From positions 2,088-66,087 of the forward strand of contig JAIEQK010000163.1 of the NCBI GenBank assembly GCA_019747795.1: a stretch of DNA of 64,000 bases, written 5' to 3'. The notes below the pieces were generated by a model. That model ran no database searches. It was not told where the DNA came from and saw only the letters and a list, made by a program, of their open reading frames with translations. Shown in pieces: positions 47,598 through 56,393 of the stretch. Positions within the stretch are counted from its first letter, which is position 1. Each line of letters starts with the position of its first letter. Position numbers and translations under genes: made by a program. The stretch comes from Gammaproteobacteria bacterium (lineage in GTDB: Bacteria; Pseudomonadota; Gammaproteobacteria; Ga0077536).

Positions 47598-48424
47598 TAC
47601 TTGGCCTCCTCGATGAGCCCGAGCAGGGCGTCGGCGAGTTCACGGGGACGTTCGAGCAAAGGTTCGTGGCCGGTGCCGGCGAGGCGCGTCAGCTTCGCGC
47701 GTGGCAGCACTTCGGCGTAGCGGTCCGACATTGCGTTCGGCACGAGTCGATCTTCCTCGGCGCCGACCACCAGCGTCGGGCACTGCACCCGCGCCAGGCG
47801 GCGTTCGAGCGCGAGGTTGTAACGCGGCGCCCACATGAGCCGCGCCGCCGCGGCGAACTCCGAGTAGAGATGGATACCTTCGTCGAAGTTGTCCGGGTCG
47901 GGCAGGAATTCCTTCATCACCGCCTTGTCCTTGAACAGGCGGTCCATGATCTCCGCCGGCGCGAGCTGGAACAGATCGACACCCGGATCGTCCTTCAGGC
48001 GCAGACCCACCGGCGTGATCAGCGCCAGCGACTTCAGGCGCTTGGGGTAGAAGCTCGCGAACTCCGCGGCCGCCCAGCCGCCCATGGAGAAGCCCACCAG
48101 GTGGATGCGTTCGAGGCCGAGCTGGTCGAACAGCTGGTCGTAGAGCAGGGTCAGGTCGTCGAAGCCGCGGAACCATTTCGGCAGCGGGGTCTCGCCGAAA
48201 CCGGGCTGCTCGGGCGCGATGAAATCACAGCGCTCCGCCATCATCTGGTAGAACGGGATCCACATGCGGGTGAAACCGGCGCCGTGCAGCAGCACGACGG
48301 CCTCGCCCTGGCCGGCGCGCCGATAGGCTATCGGCAGGCCGGCGACCGTTTCGAAGGCGGGCGGCGTGTAATAGCGTGGCGGTTTGGGTACCTCGACCTT
48401 GTCGATGACGTCGATGTAGCTCAT
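47597..48424 (-). CDS. alpha/beta-fold hydrolase
   Basis: 275 aa. It has VVLLHGAG, the nucleophile elbow GFSMGG, and a C-terminal GH (GTGHEP). The stop overlaps the LLM start by 1 nt (TAATG). Confidence 0.85.
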   Translation of the reverse strand: MSYIDVIDKVEVPKPPRYYTPPAFETVAGLPIAYRRAGQGEAVVLLHGAGFTRMWIPFYQMMAERCDFIAPEQPGFGETPLPKWFRGFDDLTLLYDQLFDQLGLERIHLVGFSMGGWAAAEFASFYPKRLKSLALITPVGLRLKDDPGVDLFQLAPAEIMDRLFKDKAVMKEFLPDPDNFDEGIHLYSEFAAAARLMWAPRYNLALERRLARVQCPTLVVGAEEDRLVPNAMSDRYAEVLPRAKLTRLAGTGHEPLLERPRELADALLGLIEEAK

Positions 48425-48525
48425 GGCGACTCCCGTGGCGTTGGATGACCCGATTGTATAGTCGGTCCTCGCGCCAGGGGCACCCCGGCCGCTACAGGAC
48501 CCATCACCCTGTACCTGGAGAGGAC

Positions 48526-48966
48526 ATGGACCGGTTGCTGATCCTGCTGGGTGCGCTGGCCCTGGCCGGCGTGAGCCAGGCCGCCGACATTCACCAATGG
48601 CGGGACGCCGACGGCCGGGTGCATTTCGGCGACCACCCGCCGACCGGCGCCGCCAGCACGGTGGTCAAGGTCAAGCCCAATGTCTACCAGAGCCCGAGCG
48701 TGGAGGGGTTGGCCAAGGTCTTCGCCCGTGCGCCGGACAAGGTCGTGATGTACAGCGCGAGCTGGTGTGGGTACTGCCGCAAGGCGCGCCGCTATTTCCA
48801 GGCCCACCAGGTGCCCTTCGAGGAATACGACGTCGAGACCAGCGAGAAGGGGCAGCGCGACTACGCGGCCCTGGGCGCGCGCGGCGTACCGGTGATCCTG
48901 GTCGGGGACAGGCGTCTGAACGGCTTCACCGAAGCCGCCTTCACCAATCTCTACGGTCCGCGCTGA
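48526..48966 (+). CDS. secreted DUF4124 + glutaredoxin-domain protein
   Basis: The ATG at 48526 follows GGAGAGG. It has the signal peptide MDRLLILLGALALAGVSQA, then IHQWRDADGRVHFGD (DUF4124-like), then the glutaredoxin fold VVMYSASWCGYCRKAR...GVPVILVG. Confidence 0.8.
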   Translation: MDRLLILLGALALAGVSQAADIHQWRDADGRVHFGDHPPTGAASTVVKVKPNVYQSPSVEGLAKVFARAPDKVVMYSASWCGYCRKARRYFQAHQVPFEEYDVETSEKGQRDYAALGARGVPVILVGDRRLNGFTEAAFTNLYGPR

Positions 48967-48981
48967 GGCGCGGACCTCGAG

Positions 48982-49719
48982 TCACATCCCCGCTTCCTGC
49001 GCGGCGATGGCGATGGCGTCGTACAGCACCTTGCGCAGCACCTGGCCGACACCGTCGTGGATGGAGGCGGGCAGGCTGATATCACCCTTGCTGGTCTCGA
49101 AGCTCGGCTGCCAGAGCTCGGGCGGCAGCGGCGCGGACTGGAAGCCGCTGGCGCGCCCGACGACGAAGTGCTGGCGGGTGTCGTAGGCCTCGACGTAAAT
49201 CGTCGCGTAGGCGAAGGGGCCGGTGTCGAAGGCCTTCTGCAGGCCGTAGCCGCGTATGTTCTGCACCGTGTGCGTCACGCGATCGCTGTCGTTGTTGCGT
49301 GCCACCAGCACCACCATGTCGAGCCCGAGTTCGGCGCCGAGCGCGTCGAGCTCGGCGTGGATGCGCTCGGTGCGGGCGTAGCCGAAGTCCGAGTCGTAGG
49401 CCTTCATCAGGGCCGCTGTGCGCGCTATGGGCACCACCGTCATGCCGCGACGCTGGAGCTTGGCGCCGACGGTCTTCATCACCTGCTGGTCGATGTCCCA
49501 GCCGCCGAGCGTCGCCTGCGAGAAGAAGCTCTCCTGCGCCGAGGACGTCAGGTAGCTGACGTAGATCCGGTCGTCCAGCAGGGACAGCAGGCCGGCCTTC
49601 TTGACCGAGGCGGCGTAGTCGCCGGACACGCGCGCGACGCTGTTGCCGCCAAGCGTGGGGCAGCCGGCGAGCAGCAGGGTGAGAACGATGAGCAGCAGCA
49701 GGCGCAGGGTCGGGATCAC
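48982..49719 (-). CDS. lipoprotein of unknown function
   Basis: The GTG at 49719 gives VIPTLRLLLLIVLTLLLAGC (lipobox LLAGC). The rest of the 563-aa track ORF lies out of frame over the CoA-transferase gene and is discounted. Confidence 0.6.
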   Translation of the reverse strand: MIPTLRLLLLIVLTLLLAGCPTLGGNSVARVSGDYAASVKKAGLLSLLDDRIYVSYLTSSAQESFFSQATLGGWDIDQQVMKTVGAKLQRRGMTVVPIARTAALMKAYDSDFGYARTERIHAELDALGAELGLDMVVLVARNNDSDRVTHTVQNIRGYGLQKAFDTGPFAYATIYVEAYDTRQHFVVGRASGFQSAPLPPELWQPSFETSKGDISLPASIHDGVGQVLRKVLYDAIAIAAQEAGM

Positions 49720-49739
49720 GGTCGGTACTCGCAGGGGAT

Positions 49740-50945
49740 TCAGGTCTCGCGGCCGAACACGCCGGCGGCGCGCAGGCTGGCGATCGTGTCGGCGTCCAGC
49801 GTGAGCTCGTCCTCCAGCACTTCGCGGTTGTGCTGGCCGAGGCGCGCGACCTCTGGTTTCACCGCCGCGTGGGTGGCGGAGAACAGGAAGGGCGAGTTCG
49901 GCGCGGTCAGCGGTCCGGCACCGTCGACCACTTCGGTGAGCATGGCGCGGTGCCGCAGCTGGGCGTCGTCCGCGAGGTCCGCGAGGTGACGATAGCGTCC
50001 GCAGGGCAGGCCGGCGCCGGACAGCACCGCCATCACCTCGTCGGTGCTGCGCGTGCGGCTCCAGGCTTCGGTCAGCGCCATCAGTTCGTTGTAGTGGGTG
50101 AAGCGCGCGCGCGCTTGAGCGAAGCGCGCATCGTTCAGCAGCTCGGGATGTTCGATGGCCGCGGCGAGCTTTTCGAACTGCGGTTGAGAGAGGCACATGG
50201 TCATGACGAAGCCGTCGGCCGTCTCGATCGGGCCGTACACGCGGTTCACCGCGTCGTGGTTGAAGGCCGCCTGGAAATCGCGATGCATGGTGCTGAGCAG
50301 GCTGTCCATCATCGCGATGTCGATGTACTGGCCGACCCCGGTGCGGGCGCGATAGTAGAGCGCCGCGCCGATCGCACCGAAGGCCTGCAGCGCGGCGGTG
50401 GTGTCCGCCACCGGCAGGCCCATGTTGAGCGGCCGCGCGCGATCGCCCTGCGCGAGCTGGCTCACCACCTCGTAACCCGACTCGGCCTGCACGATGGGCG
50501 CGAAGGCCGGCTGGGTGGCGGCCGGCCCGCTCTGGCCGTAGCCCGAGATGGAACACATCACGAGGCGCGGATTCACTTCGCGCAGGCTCGCGTAGTCGAG
50601 ACCCAGGCGACTCATCACGCCCGGGCTGAAGTTCTCCACCACCACGTCGTAGCGCGACACCAGGCGCTTGCACAGCGCGATGGCGTCCTTGTGCTTGAGA
50701 TCCAGCACCAGGCTGCGCTTGCCGCTGTTCAGCGACGCGAAAACCGTGCTGTGGTCGCCGCGCAGCGGCGCGAGATGACGCATCAGTTCGCCGCCCGGCT
50801 GCTCCACCTTGAGCACGTCCGCGCCGAGATCGGCCAGCATGCGCGTGCAGTAACTACCGGCGATGATCGCGGTGAAGTCGAGAACGCGCACATCGTCGAA
50901 CACGCGCGGGCCGTGGGCGGCACGCATGGAGGCAGGGTCGATCAT
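49740..50945 (-). CDS. CaiB/BaiF family (class III) CoA-transferase
   Basis: 401 aa. VRVLDFTAIIAGSYCTRMLADLGADVLKVE and DVVVENFSPGVMSRLGLDY are family III CoA-transferase signatures. Confidence 0.88.
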   Translation of the reverse strand: MIDPASMRAAHGPRVFDDVRVLDFTAIIAGSYCTRMLADLGADVLKVEQPGGELMRHLAPLRGDHSTVFASLNSGKRSLVLDLKHKDAIALCKRLVSRYDVVVENFSPGVMSRLGLDYASLREVNPRLVMCSISGYGQSGPAATQPAFAPIVQAESGYEVVSQLAQGDRARPLNMGLPVADTTAALQAFGAIGAALYYRARTGVGQYIDIAMMDSLLSTMHRDFQAAFNHDAVNRVYGPIETADGFVMTMCLSQPQFEKLAAAIEHPELLNDARFAQARARFTHYNELMALTEAWSRTRSTDEVMAVLSGAGLPCGRYRHLADLADDAQLRHRAMLTEVVDGAGPLTAPNSPFLFSATHAAVKPEVARLGQHNREVLEDELTLDADTIASLRAAGVFGRET

Positions 50946-51022
50946 GGAGTCGCCGTCCTGGGATGCGGTGCGGGCATTCTAGAGGCGGGATCGACGTAGC
51001 GGTATCCCCAGCGTCCGCCGCC

Positions 51023-51142
51023 CTGCAGGTCGGACTTCAGTCCGACATTCGTCCGACATGCCTCCGACGTTCGCCCGACAGCCGCATCTCGCCGACCGTT
51101 CGATGCCCAGAGGAAAATGTCGGACTGAAGTCCGACCTAGAG
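51023..51142. repeat. REP doublet with mutated heads and an internal 11-nt tandem array
   Basis: The left unit is CTGCAGGTCGGACTTCAGTCCGACATTCG (51023-51051). The right unit is ...AATGTCGGACTGAAGTCCGACCTAGAG (51114-51142). The heads read GCAG and CTAG instead of GTAG. The tandem array is at 51041-51084. Confidence 0.75.
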
Positions 51143-51149
51143 CGCACCC

Positions 51150-53999
51150 TCAGGTCGCCACCACCACCCGCACCGCGTCGAGCTTCAGCTGCGCGCCGCG
51201 CAGGTAGCGCGCAAGCTGTTCGCGGGTCTCGGTCAGATGCGCGACTTCCTCCGGGCGGATGTTGGGATTGACCGCCGCGAGCCGCGTGAGGCGCGCGACT
51301 TCGGCGTCGAACTGCGTCGTCATGCCGGCGAGCGCAGCATTCACCAGCGCCTCCTGCCGCACCTCGGCAAGATGCGCGGCGTGGTCGGCGAGCGCCGTGA
51401 TCTGCTCGCGCATGCGCGTCACCACCTTGAGCGCGGTGGTGGTGGGCACGTCGCGCACCAGGCCGTCGAACCAGTCCTCGTCGCGCTTGGCCGAGACTTC
51501 CTCGCCCGCGCCGTCCACCACCACGCGCAGCGTGGACTGCGGCAGGAAGCGCTCGACGCCGAGGCCGCGCGGCGCCGGACATACCAGCACGAACAGCGCC
51601 TCGATGAGCAGCTGGCCGGGCGCGAGGCCGGCGGCCTTGACCACGCCGAAGCTCGCGTTGCCGAAGTCGCCGCCCAGCACCATGTCCATCGCGCCCGCCA
51701 CCATGGGATGTTCCCAGGTGAGGAAATGCATGTCGTCGCGGCCGAGCGCCTGGGTGCGCGAGAAGGTCACGGTCAGGCCGCCTTCGGGCAGGCCGGGGAA
51801 TTCCGTGCAGCTCATGTGGTCGCCAGGCTGCAGCACCAGGCTGTGCTCGCCGTTGTCCTCCTGCTCCACGCCGTACTCGCTGAACACGAGGTCCATGTAG
51901 TCCCACAGTTCGTCGGCGTTCTCGGCGGCGGCCACTTCGCCGAGCACGGTCTGCGCGCGCTCATGGTCGAAGGAATTGAGTTCCAGCAGCCGATCGCGCC
52001 CGCGCGCGAGCACACCCTGGATCTCCTCGGCGCGCGCGCGGGTGCGGGTCACCAGCGCGGCGATCCGGGCTTCGTCGCCGGGCGTGGCCATGCAGGCCTC
52101 GAGTTCGGCGCGGAACTCGGCGAGCAGCGCCGGCCCCGCGGGACAGATGTGCTCGAAGGCGTCGATGCCTTCGTGCAGCCAGCGCACGAGCACGCTCTGC
52201 GCCGAGCCCTCGAACACCGGCACGTGGATCTCGACCGCGAAGCGCTGGCCGATGCGATCCAGGCGGCCGATGCGCTGCTCGATCAAATCCGGGTTCTCCG
52301 GCACGTCGAACAGCACCAGGTGGCGGGCGAACTGGAAGTTGCGACCCTCGCTGCCGATCTCCGAGCACACCAGCAGCTGGGCGTCTTCCTCGGTATCGGC
52401 GAAATAGGCGGCGGCGCGATCGCGCGCGACGAGATCGAGGCCTTCGTGGAACACCGCCGAGCGCACGCCCTTGCGCAGGCGCAGCCACGCTTCGAGCGTC
52501 TGCGCGGTGTCGGCGCGGGCGCAGATCACGAGGGTCTTGTCGCGGCGGTTCTGCGCCAGCCACTGCGCCAGCCACTCGGCGCGCGGATCGATGGACAGCC
52601 AGTCGTCGCCCAGCCCCTGCTCCGGCACCAGCTGCGCGGCGAGCGGCGCCGACGTCGCGCGCTCGCGGTAGAGGTCCGGCAGCGCCAGCGGATGGAGATT
52701 GAGATGACGCTCGGGAAAGCCCGAGATGTTGTCGCGGCAGTTGCGGAACAGCACGCGGCCGGTGCCGTGGTGGTCGAGCAGCTCGCGCACAATGCGCGAC
52801 ACCGCGCGCGGCGCGTCGAGCGCGCTGTCGCGTCGAAAGGCCGCGGCGCTGTCGGCGCCGAGATAGCGTTCGACCTCCACGTGATCGGCGTCGGTCACCG
52901 CCTCGGCGCCCTGGCCTTCGCGCAGCCGGCGCACCAGGTCGCTGACTGCCTCGTAGTGCCGTTCTTCCTCGAGGTACTTCTCCAATGAATCGTAGCGGTG
53001 CGGGTCGAGCAGACGCAGGCGCGCGAAATGTCCTTCGACGCCGAGCTGCTCGGGGGTGGCGGTCAGGAGCAGCAGTGCCGGCACGCGCGCGGCGAGCGTC
53101 GCGACCGCCTGGTACTCGGGGCTCGCCGCCTGTGGCGTCCAGGCGAGGTGATGGGCCTCGTCCACGATCATGAGATCCCAGCCGGCCGCCGCCGCCTGCT
53201 CCAGGCGCTCGGGGGACTCGACCAGGAAGCGCAGGCTGGTGAGCACGAGCTGCGCCGATTCGAAGGGATTGCCCTCGCCCGAGCCCGCCAGCTCGTCGCA
53301 GATGTCCTCGTCCATGATCGAGAAGCGCAGATTGAAGCGCCTGAGCATCTCCACCAGCCACTGGTGCACCAGGTTGTCCGGCACCACCACCAGCGCGCGC
53401 GCGACGCGGCCGGTGAGCCACTGGCGATGCAGGATGAGACCCGCTTCGATGGTCTTGCCGAGACCGACTTCGTCGGCCAGCAGCACGCGCGGCGCGTAGC
53501 GCGACGAGACTTCGTCGGCGATGTAGAACTGGTGGGGCAGGAGCTGCACGCGCGCGCCGAGCAGGCCGAGCGCCGGCGAGAGCTGGTGGCGGTGATGGCA
53601 GGTCAGCGTGCGGGTGCGCAGACGGAAGCGCCCGGTCTTGTCGATCTGGCCGATGAAGAGTCGATCCAGCGGCCGGTTGAACTGCACGAAGCTGTCCAGA
53701 TCGATCTCGTGCAGGCCGCTCTCGCGCCCCTCGGCGTCGATGCCCTTGTACATCGCGCAGCCATTCACCTTCTCGACCGCGGTGACGATGAGTTCCGTGC
53801 CGTCTTCGGCGCGGATGCGGTCGCCGGCGCGGTACTCCACGCGGATCAAGGGCGCGTTGTCGAGCGCATAGGTGCGGCGTTCGTCGGCCGCGGGGAAGTT
53901 CATCACCACGCGGCGGTTCGCCACTTCGAACACGATCCCCAAGCCCAGCTCGGGCTCGGTGTTGCTGATCCAGCGTTGTCCGGGTTGACAGTCGAGCAT
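51150..53999 (-). CDS. rapA: RNA polymerase-associated SWI2/SNF2 ATPase RapA (HepA)
   Basis: The Met at 53999 gives MLDCQPGQRWISNTEPELGLGIV (compare the E. coli RapA N-terminus ...LGQRWISDTESELGLG). SNF2 motifs LLADEVGLGKTIEAG and DEAHHL are present, with a helicase C domain. The track ORF begins 9 codons earlier. Confidence 0.92.
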   Translation of the reverse strand: MLDCQPGQRWISNTEPELGLGIVFEVANRRVVMNFPAADERRTYALDNAPLIRVEYRAGDRIRAEDGTELIVTAVEKVNGCAMYKGIDAEGRESGLHEIDLDSFVQFNRPLDRLFIGQIDKTGRFRLRTRTLTCHHRHQLSPALGLLGARVQLLPHQFYIADEVSSRYAPRVLLADEVGLGKTIEAGLILHRQWLTGRVARALVVVPDNLVHQWLVEMLRRFNLRFSIMDEDICDELAGSGEGNPFESAQLVLTSLRFLVESPERLEQAAAAGWDLMIVDEAHHLAWTPQAASPEYQAVATLAARVPALLLLTATPEQLGVEGHFARLRLLDPHRYDSLEKYLEEERHYEAVSDLVRRLREGQGAEAVTDADHVEVERYLGADSAAAFRRDSALDAPRAVSRIVRELLDHHGTGRVLFRNCRDNISGFPERHLNLHPLALPDLYRERATSAPLAAQLVPEQGLGDDWLSIDPRAEWLAQWLAQNRRDKTLVICARADTAQTLEAWLRLRKGVRSAVFHEGLDLVARDRAAAYFADTEEDAQLLVCSEIGSEGRNFQFARHLVLFDVPENPDLIEQRIGRLDRIGQRFAVEIHVPVFEGSAQSVLVRWLHEGIDAFEHICPAGPALLAEFRAELEACMATPGDEARIAALVTRTRARAEEIQGVLARGRDRLLELNSFDHERAQTVLGEVAAAENADELWDYMDLVFSEYGVEQEDNGEHSLVLQPGDHMSCTEFPGLPEGGLTVTFSRTQALGRDDMHFLTWEHPMVAGAMDMVLGGDFGNASFGVVKAAGLAPGQLLIEALFVLVCPAPRGLGVERFLPQSTLRVVVDGAGEEVSAKRDEDWFDGLVRDVPTTTALKVVTRMREQITALADHAAHLAEVRQEALVNAALAGMTTQFDAEVARLTRLAAVNPNIRPEEVAHLTETREQLARYLRGAQLKLDAVRVVVAT

Positions 54000-54091
54000 C
54001 GGAAAAAGACCTGGGGGCGAGGACAAGGGTAGCGGTGGTCGCGGATTCTAGCAGGCTCGCGCGGAACTACCGCGTTCGGCATCGCGCGCGC

Positions 54092-54700
54092 TCAATCGCT
54101 TTTCTGCATGACCTTGGCGCGAAAGTCCTCGGTGGAGTTGACGTGGGGAAACGGCAGGTCCGGCACTGGCACGCCGAGCGCCGCGCACAGCGGTGCCCAG
54201 CCGTCCCCGGTGCGCCATTCCACCAGGCGCGCCGCCGGCGCGCCCGCGCGCACCGCGCGGTTGTGCGCCTCATAGGCGGCGATGGCCTGCGCCTTGTCGT
54301 CGACGTGCGCGGTGAAGCGCGAGGCGAACATCGCATCGATCATCTCGCGCCAGGGCCCGCTCACGCCCTGCATGGCCTCGAAGATGGTGTTCGACGCGCT
54401 CTTCCACCAGCCCTCGGCGTCGCGCCAGGAGAGCAGGATCACGGCGTCGGGAAAGGCCGCCGCGATCTCCGGCCAGAAGGCCGACGCGGGCCAGTCCACG
54501 GCGGCGCTGTAGGGTTCCAGCAGCGCGCGCCAGTCGATGGCTTCGCCGCGCGCCGCGGCGTGCCACAGCGGAATGTGCTCGGGATGCTGGCGCACCTCGA
54601 ACATGTGGTAGCAGGGTTCGCCGAGCAGGGTCTCGAGCGCGGTACGGAGCGACAGCGTGCCGGTGCGGCCGACGCCGGCGCCGATCAGTCTCAGGCTCAT
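54092..54700 (-). CDS. cytosolic sulfotransferase-family protein
   Basis: The ATG at 54700 gives 202 aa: MSLRLIGAGVGRTGTLSL (PAPS 5'-phosphosulfate-binding-loop-like) ... ILLSWRDAEGWWKS. This is Sulfotransfer_4-like by eye. Confidence 0.65.
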   Translation of the reverse strand: MSLRLIGAGVGRTGTLSLRTALETLLGEPCYHMFEVRQHPEHIPLWHAAARGEAIDWRALLEPYSAAVDWPASAFWPEIAAAFPDAVILLSWRDAEGWWKSASNTIFEAMQGVSGPWREMIDAMFASRFTAHVDDKAQAIAAYEAHNRAVRAGAPAARLVEWRTGDGWAPLCAALGVPVPDLPFPHVNSTEDFRAKVMQKSD

Positions 54701-54860
54701 GGAGTGCTCCTCGTGGTCGGGTGGCCAAGGCGGCGGCGCGGCACGGCCGCGCCGAGGCGGCGGCCGGTACCCACGGGCGGGCGCTTGTGCGATAGTGGCC
54801 GCATGTTCTGGTATCGGTTCCGCGCGTGCAAGCCGGGCTTGCGCGCGCCGGGGGGCGGCG

Positions 54861-55973
54861 ATGAGCGCACCCGCTGAGAGTCTGAAACACACACCCTTAT
54901 ATTCTTTGCACGAGGAACTCGGCGCGCGGCTGGTGCCGTTCGCGGGCTATGCGCTGCCGGTCCAGTACCGCGGCGGCATCAAGCACGAGCATCTCGCCAC
55001 GCGGGCCCGCGCCGGGCTGTTCGATGTCTCGCACATGGGGCAGGTGGTGGTGCGCGGCGCCCCGGCGGCGCTCGAGCGCCTGGTGCCCTCGGACATCGCC
55101 GGCCTCGCGCTCGGGCAGCAGCGCTACACCTTGTTCACCAGCGCGCAGGGCGGCGTGCTGGATGACCTGATGGTCACGCGCTTCGCCGATCGCCTGCACC
55201 TGGTGGTGAACGCGGCCTTCAAGGACATCGACTTGGCGCATCTACGCGCCGGCCTGCCGGACTGCGAGGTCGAACCGCTGGAAGACCAGGCACTGCTCGC
55301 GCTGCAGGGGCCGGCCGCGGCTCGTGTGCTCGCCGCGCTGGCGCCAGAGGCGGCCGCACTCGCCTTCATGAAGGGCTCCGCCACCACGCTCGACGGCGTG
55401 CCGGTGCTGGTGCACCGTTGCGGCTACACCGGCGAGGACGGCTTCGAGATCGCGATGCGCGCCGAGCACGCCGAGCGCGTGGCGCGCCGTCTGCTCGCGA
55501 ACCCCGAGGTGGAACCCTGTGGACTCGGCGCGCGCGATTCGCTGCGCCTGGAGGCGGGGCTGTGCCTGTCCGGCGCCGATCTCGACGCGAACACCTCGCC
55601 GGTGGAGGCCGCGCTTGCCTGGACCATCGCGCGCCGCCATCGCGCGGCGCCGGGCGCGGCCGAGTTCCCCGGCGCGGCGCGCATCCTCGGCGAACTCGTC
55701 GACGGTCCCCTACGGCGACGCGTGGGCCTGCGCGTACAGGGCCGCGTGCCGGTGCGCGCCGGTGCCGAACTGTGCGACGCGGACGGGCAGGCGTGCGGGG
55801 TCGTGACCTCGGGCGGCTTCGGCCCCAGTCTCGATGCGCCCATCGCCATGGGCTATGTGCGCACCGCCCTGGCGACTCCAGGCACGCGGCTCACGGTCGC
55901 CATCCGCAACACCGAACATGTTGTCGAAGTGCAGGCGCTGCCGTTCGTGCCGCACCGCTACCTGGCGCGCTGA
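54861..55973 (+). CDS. gcvT: glycine cleavage system aminomethyltransferase (T protein)
   Basis: The ATG at 54861 gives MSAPAESLKHTPLYSLHEELGARLVPFAGYALPVQY...GLFDVSHMGQ...CGYTGEDGFEI. Confidence 0.94.
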   Translation: MSAPAESLKHTPLYSLHEELGARLVPFAGYALPVQYRGGIKHEHLATRARAGLFDVSHMGQVVVRGAPAALERLVPSDIAGLALGQQRYTLFTSAQGGVLDDLMVTRFADRLHLVVNAAFKDIDLAHLRAGLPDCEVEPLEDQALLALQGPAAARVLAALAPEAAALAFMKGSATTLDGVPVLVHRCGYTGEDGFEIAMRAEHAERVARRLLANPEVEPCGLGARDSLRLEAGLCLSGADLDANTSPVEAALAWTIARRHRAAPGAAEFPGAARILGELVDGPLRRRVGLRVQGRVPVRAGAELCDADGQACGVVTSGGFGPSLDAPIAMGYVRTALATPGTRLTVAIRNTEHVVEVQALPFVPHRYLAR

Positions 55974-56015
55974 GCAGGCGCGTTCAACCGATTCTCACAC
56001 TCACGGAAGCCCGCG

Positions 56016-56393
56016 ATGAGCGACCTCAAGTACACCCAGGAACACGAATGGCTGCGCCGCGAAGCGGATGGCAGCGTGACGCTAGGCATCACCGACTACG
56101 CGCAGGAACAGCTCGGCGACATCGTGTTCGTCGAACTGCCGGCGGTCGGCGTGCATCTGGACGCCGACACCAACTTCGTCGTGATCGAATCGGTCAAGGC
56201 GGTGGGCGAAGTGAAGCTCACGGTCGGCGGCACGGTGCTCGCCGTCAACGAACGCCTGGCCGACGCGCCCGAACTGGTCAACGGCTCACCCGAGGGTGAT
56301 GGCTGGCTGCTGCGCGTGCAACTCGACGACGCGGCGCTGCTCGACAAGCTGATGGATGGCAACGCCTACCACGCGTTCGTCCAGGAGTTGTAG
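56016..56393 (+). CDS. gcvH: glycine cleavage system H protein
   Basis: 125 aa. YTQEHEWL...GITDYAQEQLGDIVFVELP...ESVKAV carries the lipoyl-lysine motif. Confidence 0.95.
   Translation: MSDLKYTQEHEWLRREADGSVTLGITDYAQEQLGDIVFVELPAVGVHLDADTNFVVIESVKAVGEVKLTVGGTVLAVNERLADAPELVNGSPEGDGWLLRVQLDDAALLDKLMDGNAYHAFVQEL

Noticed and set aside
54701-54860. A possible glycine riboswitch upstream of gcvT.
   Set aside because: I found no GGAGAG...ACCGAAGGGGCAA-type aptamer cores. Only a simple GC hairpin is present, reported separately at low interest.
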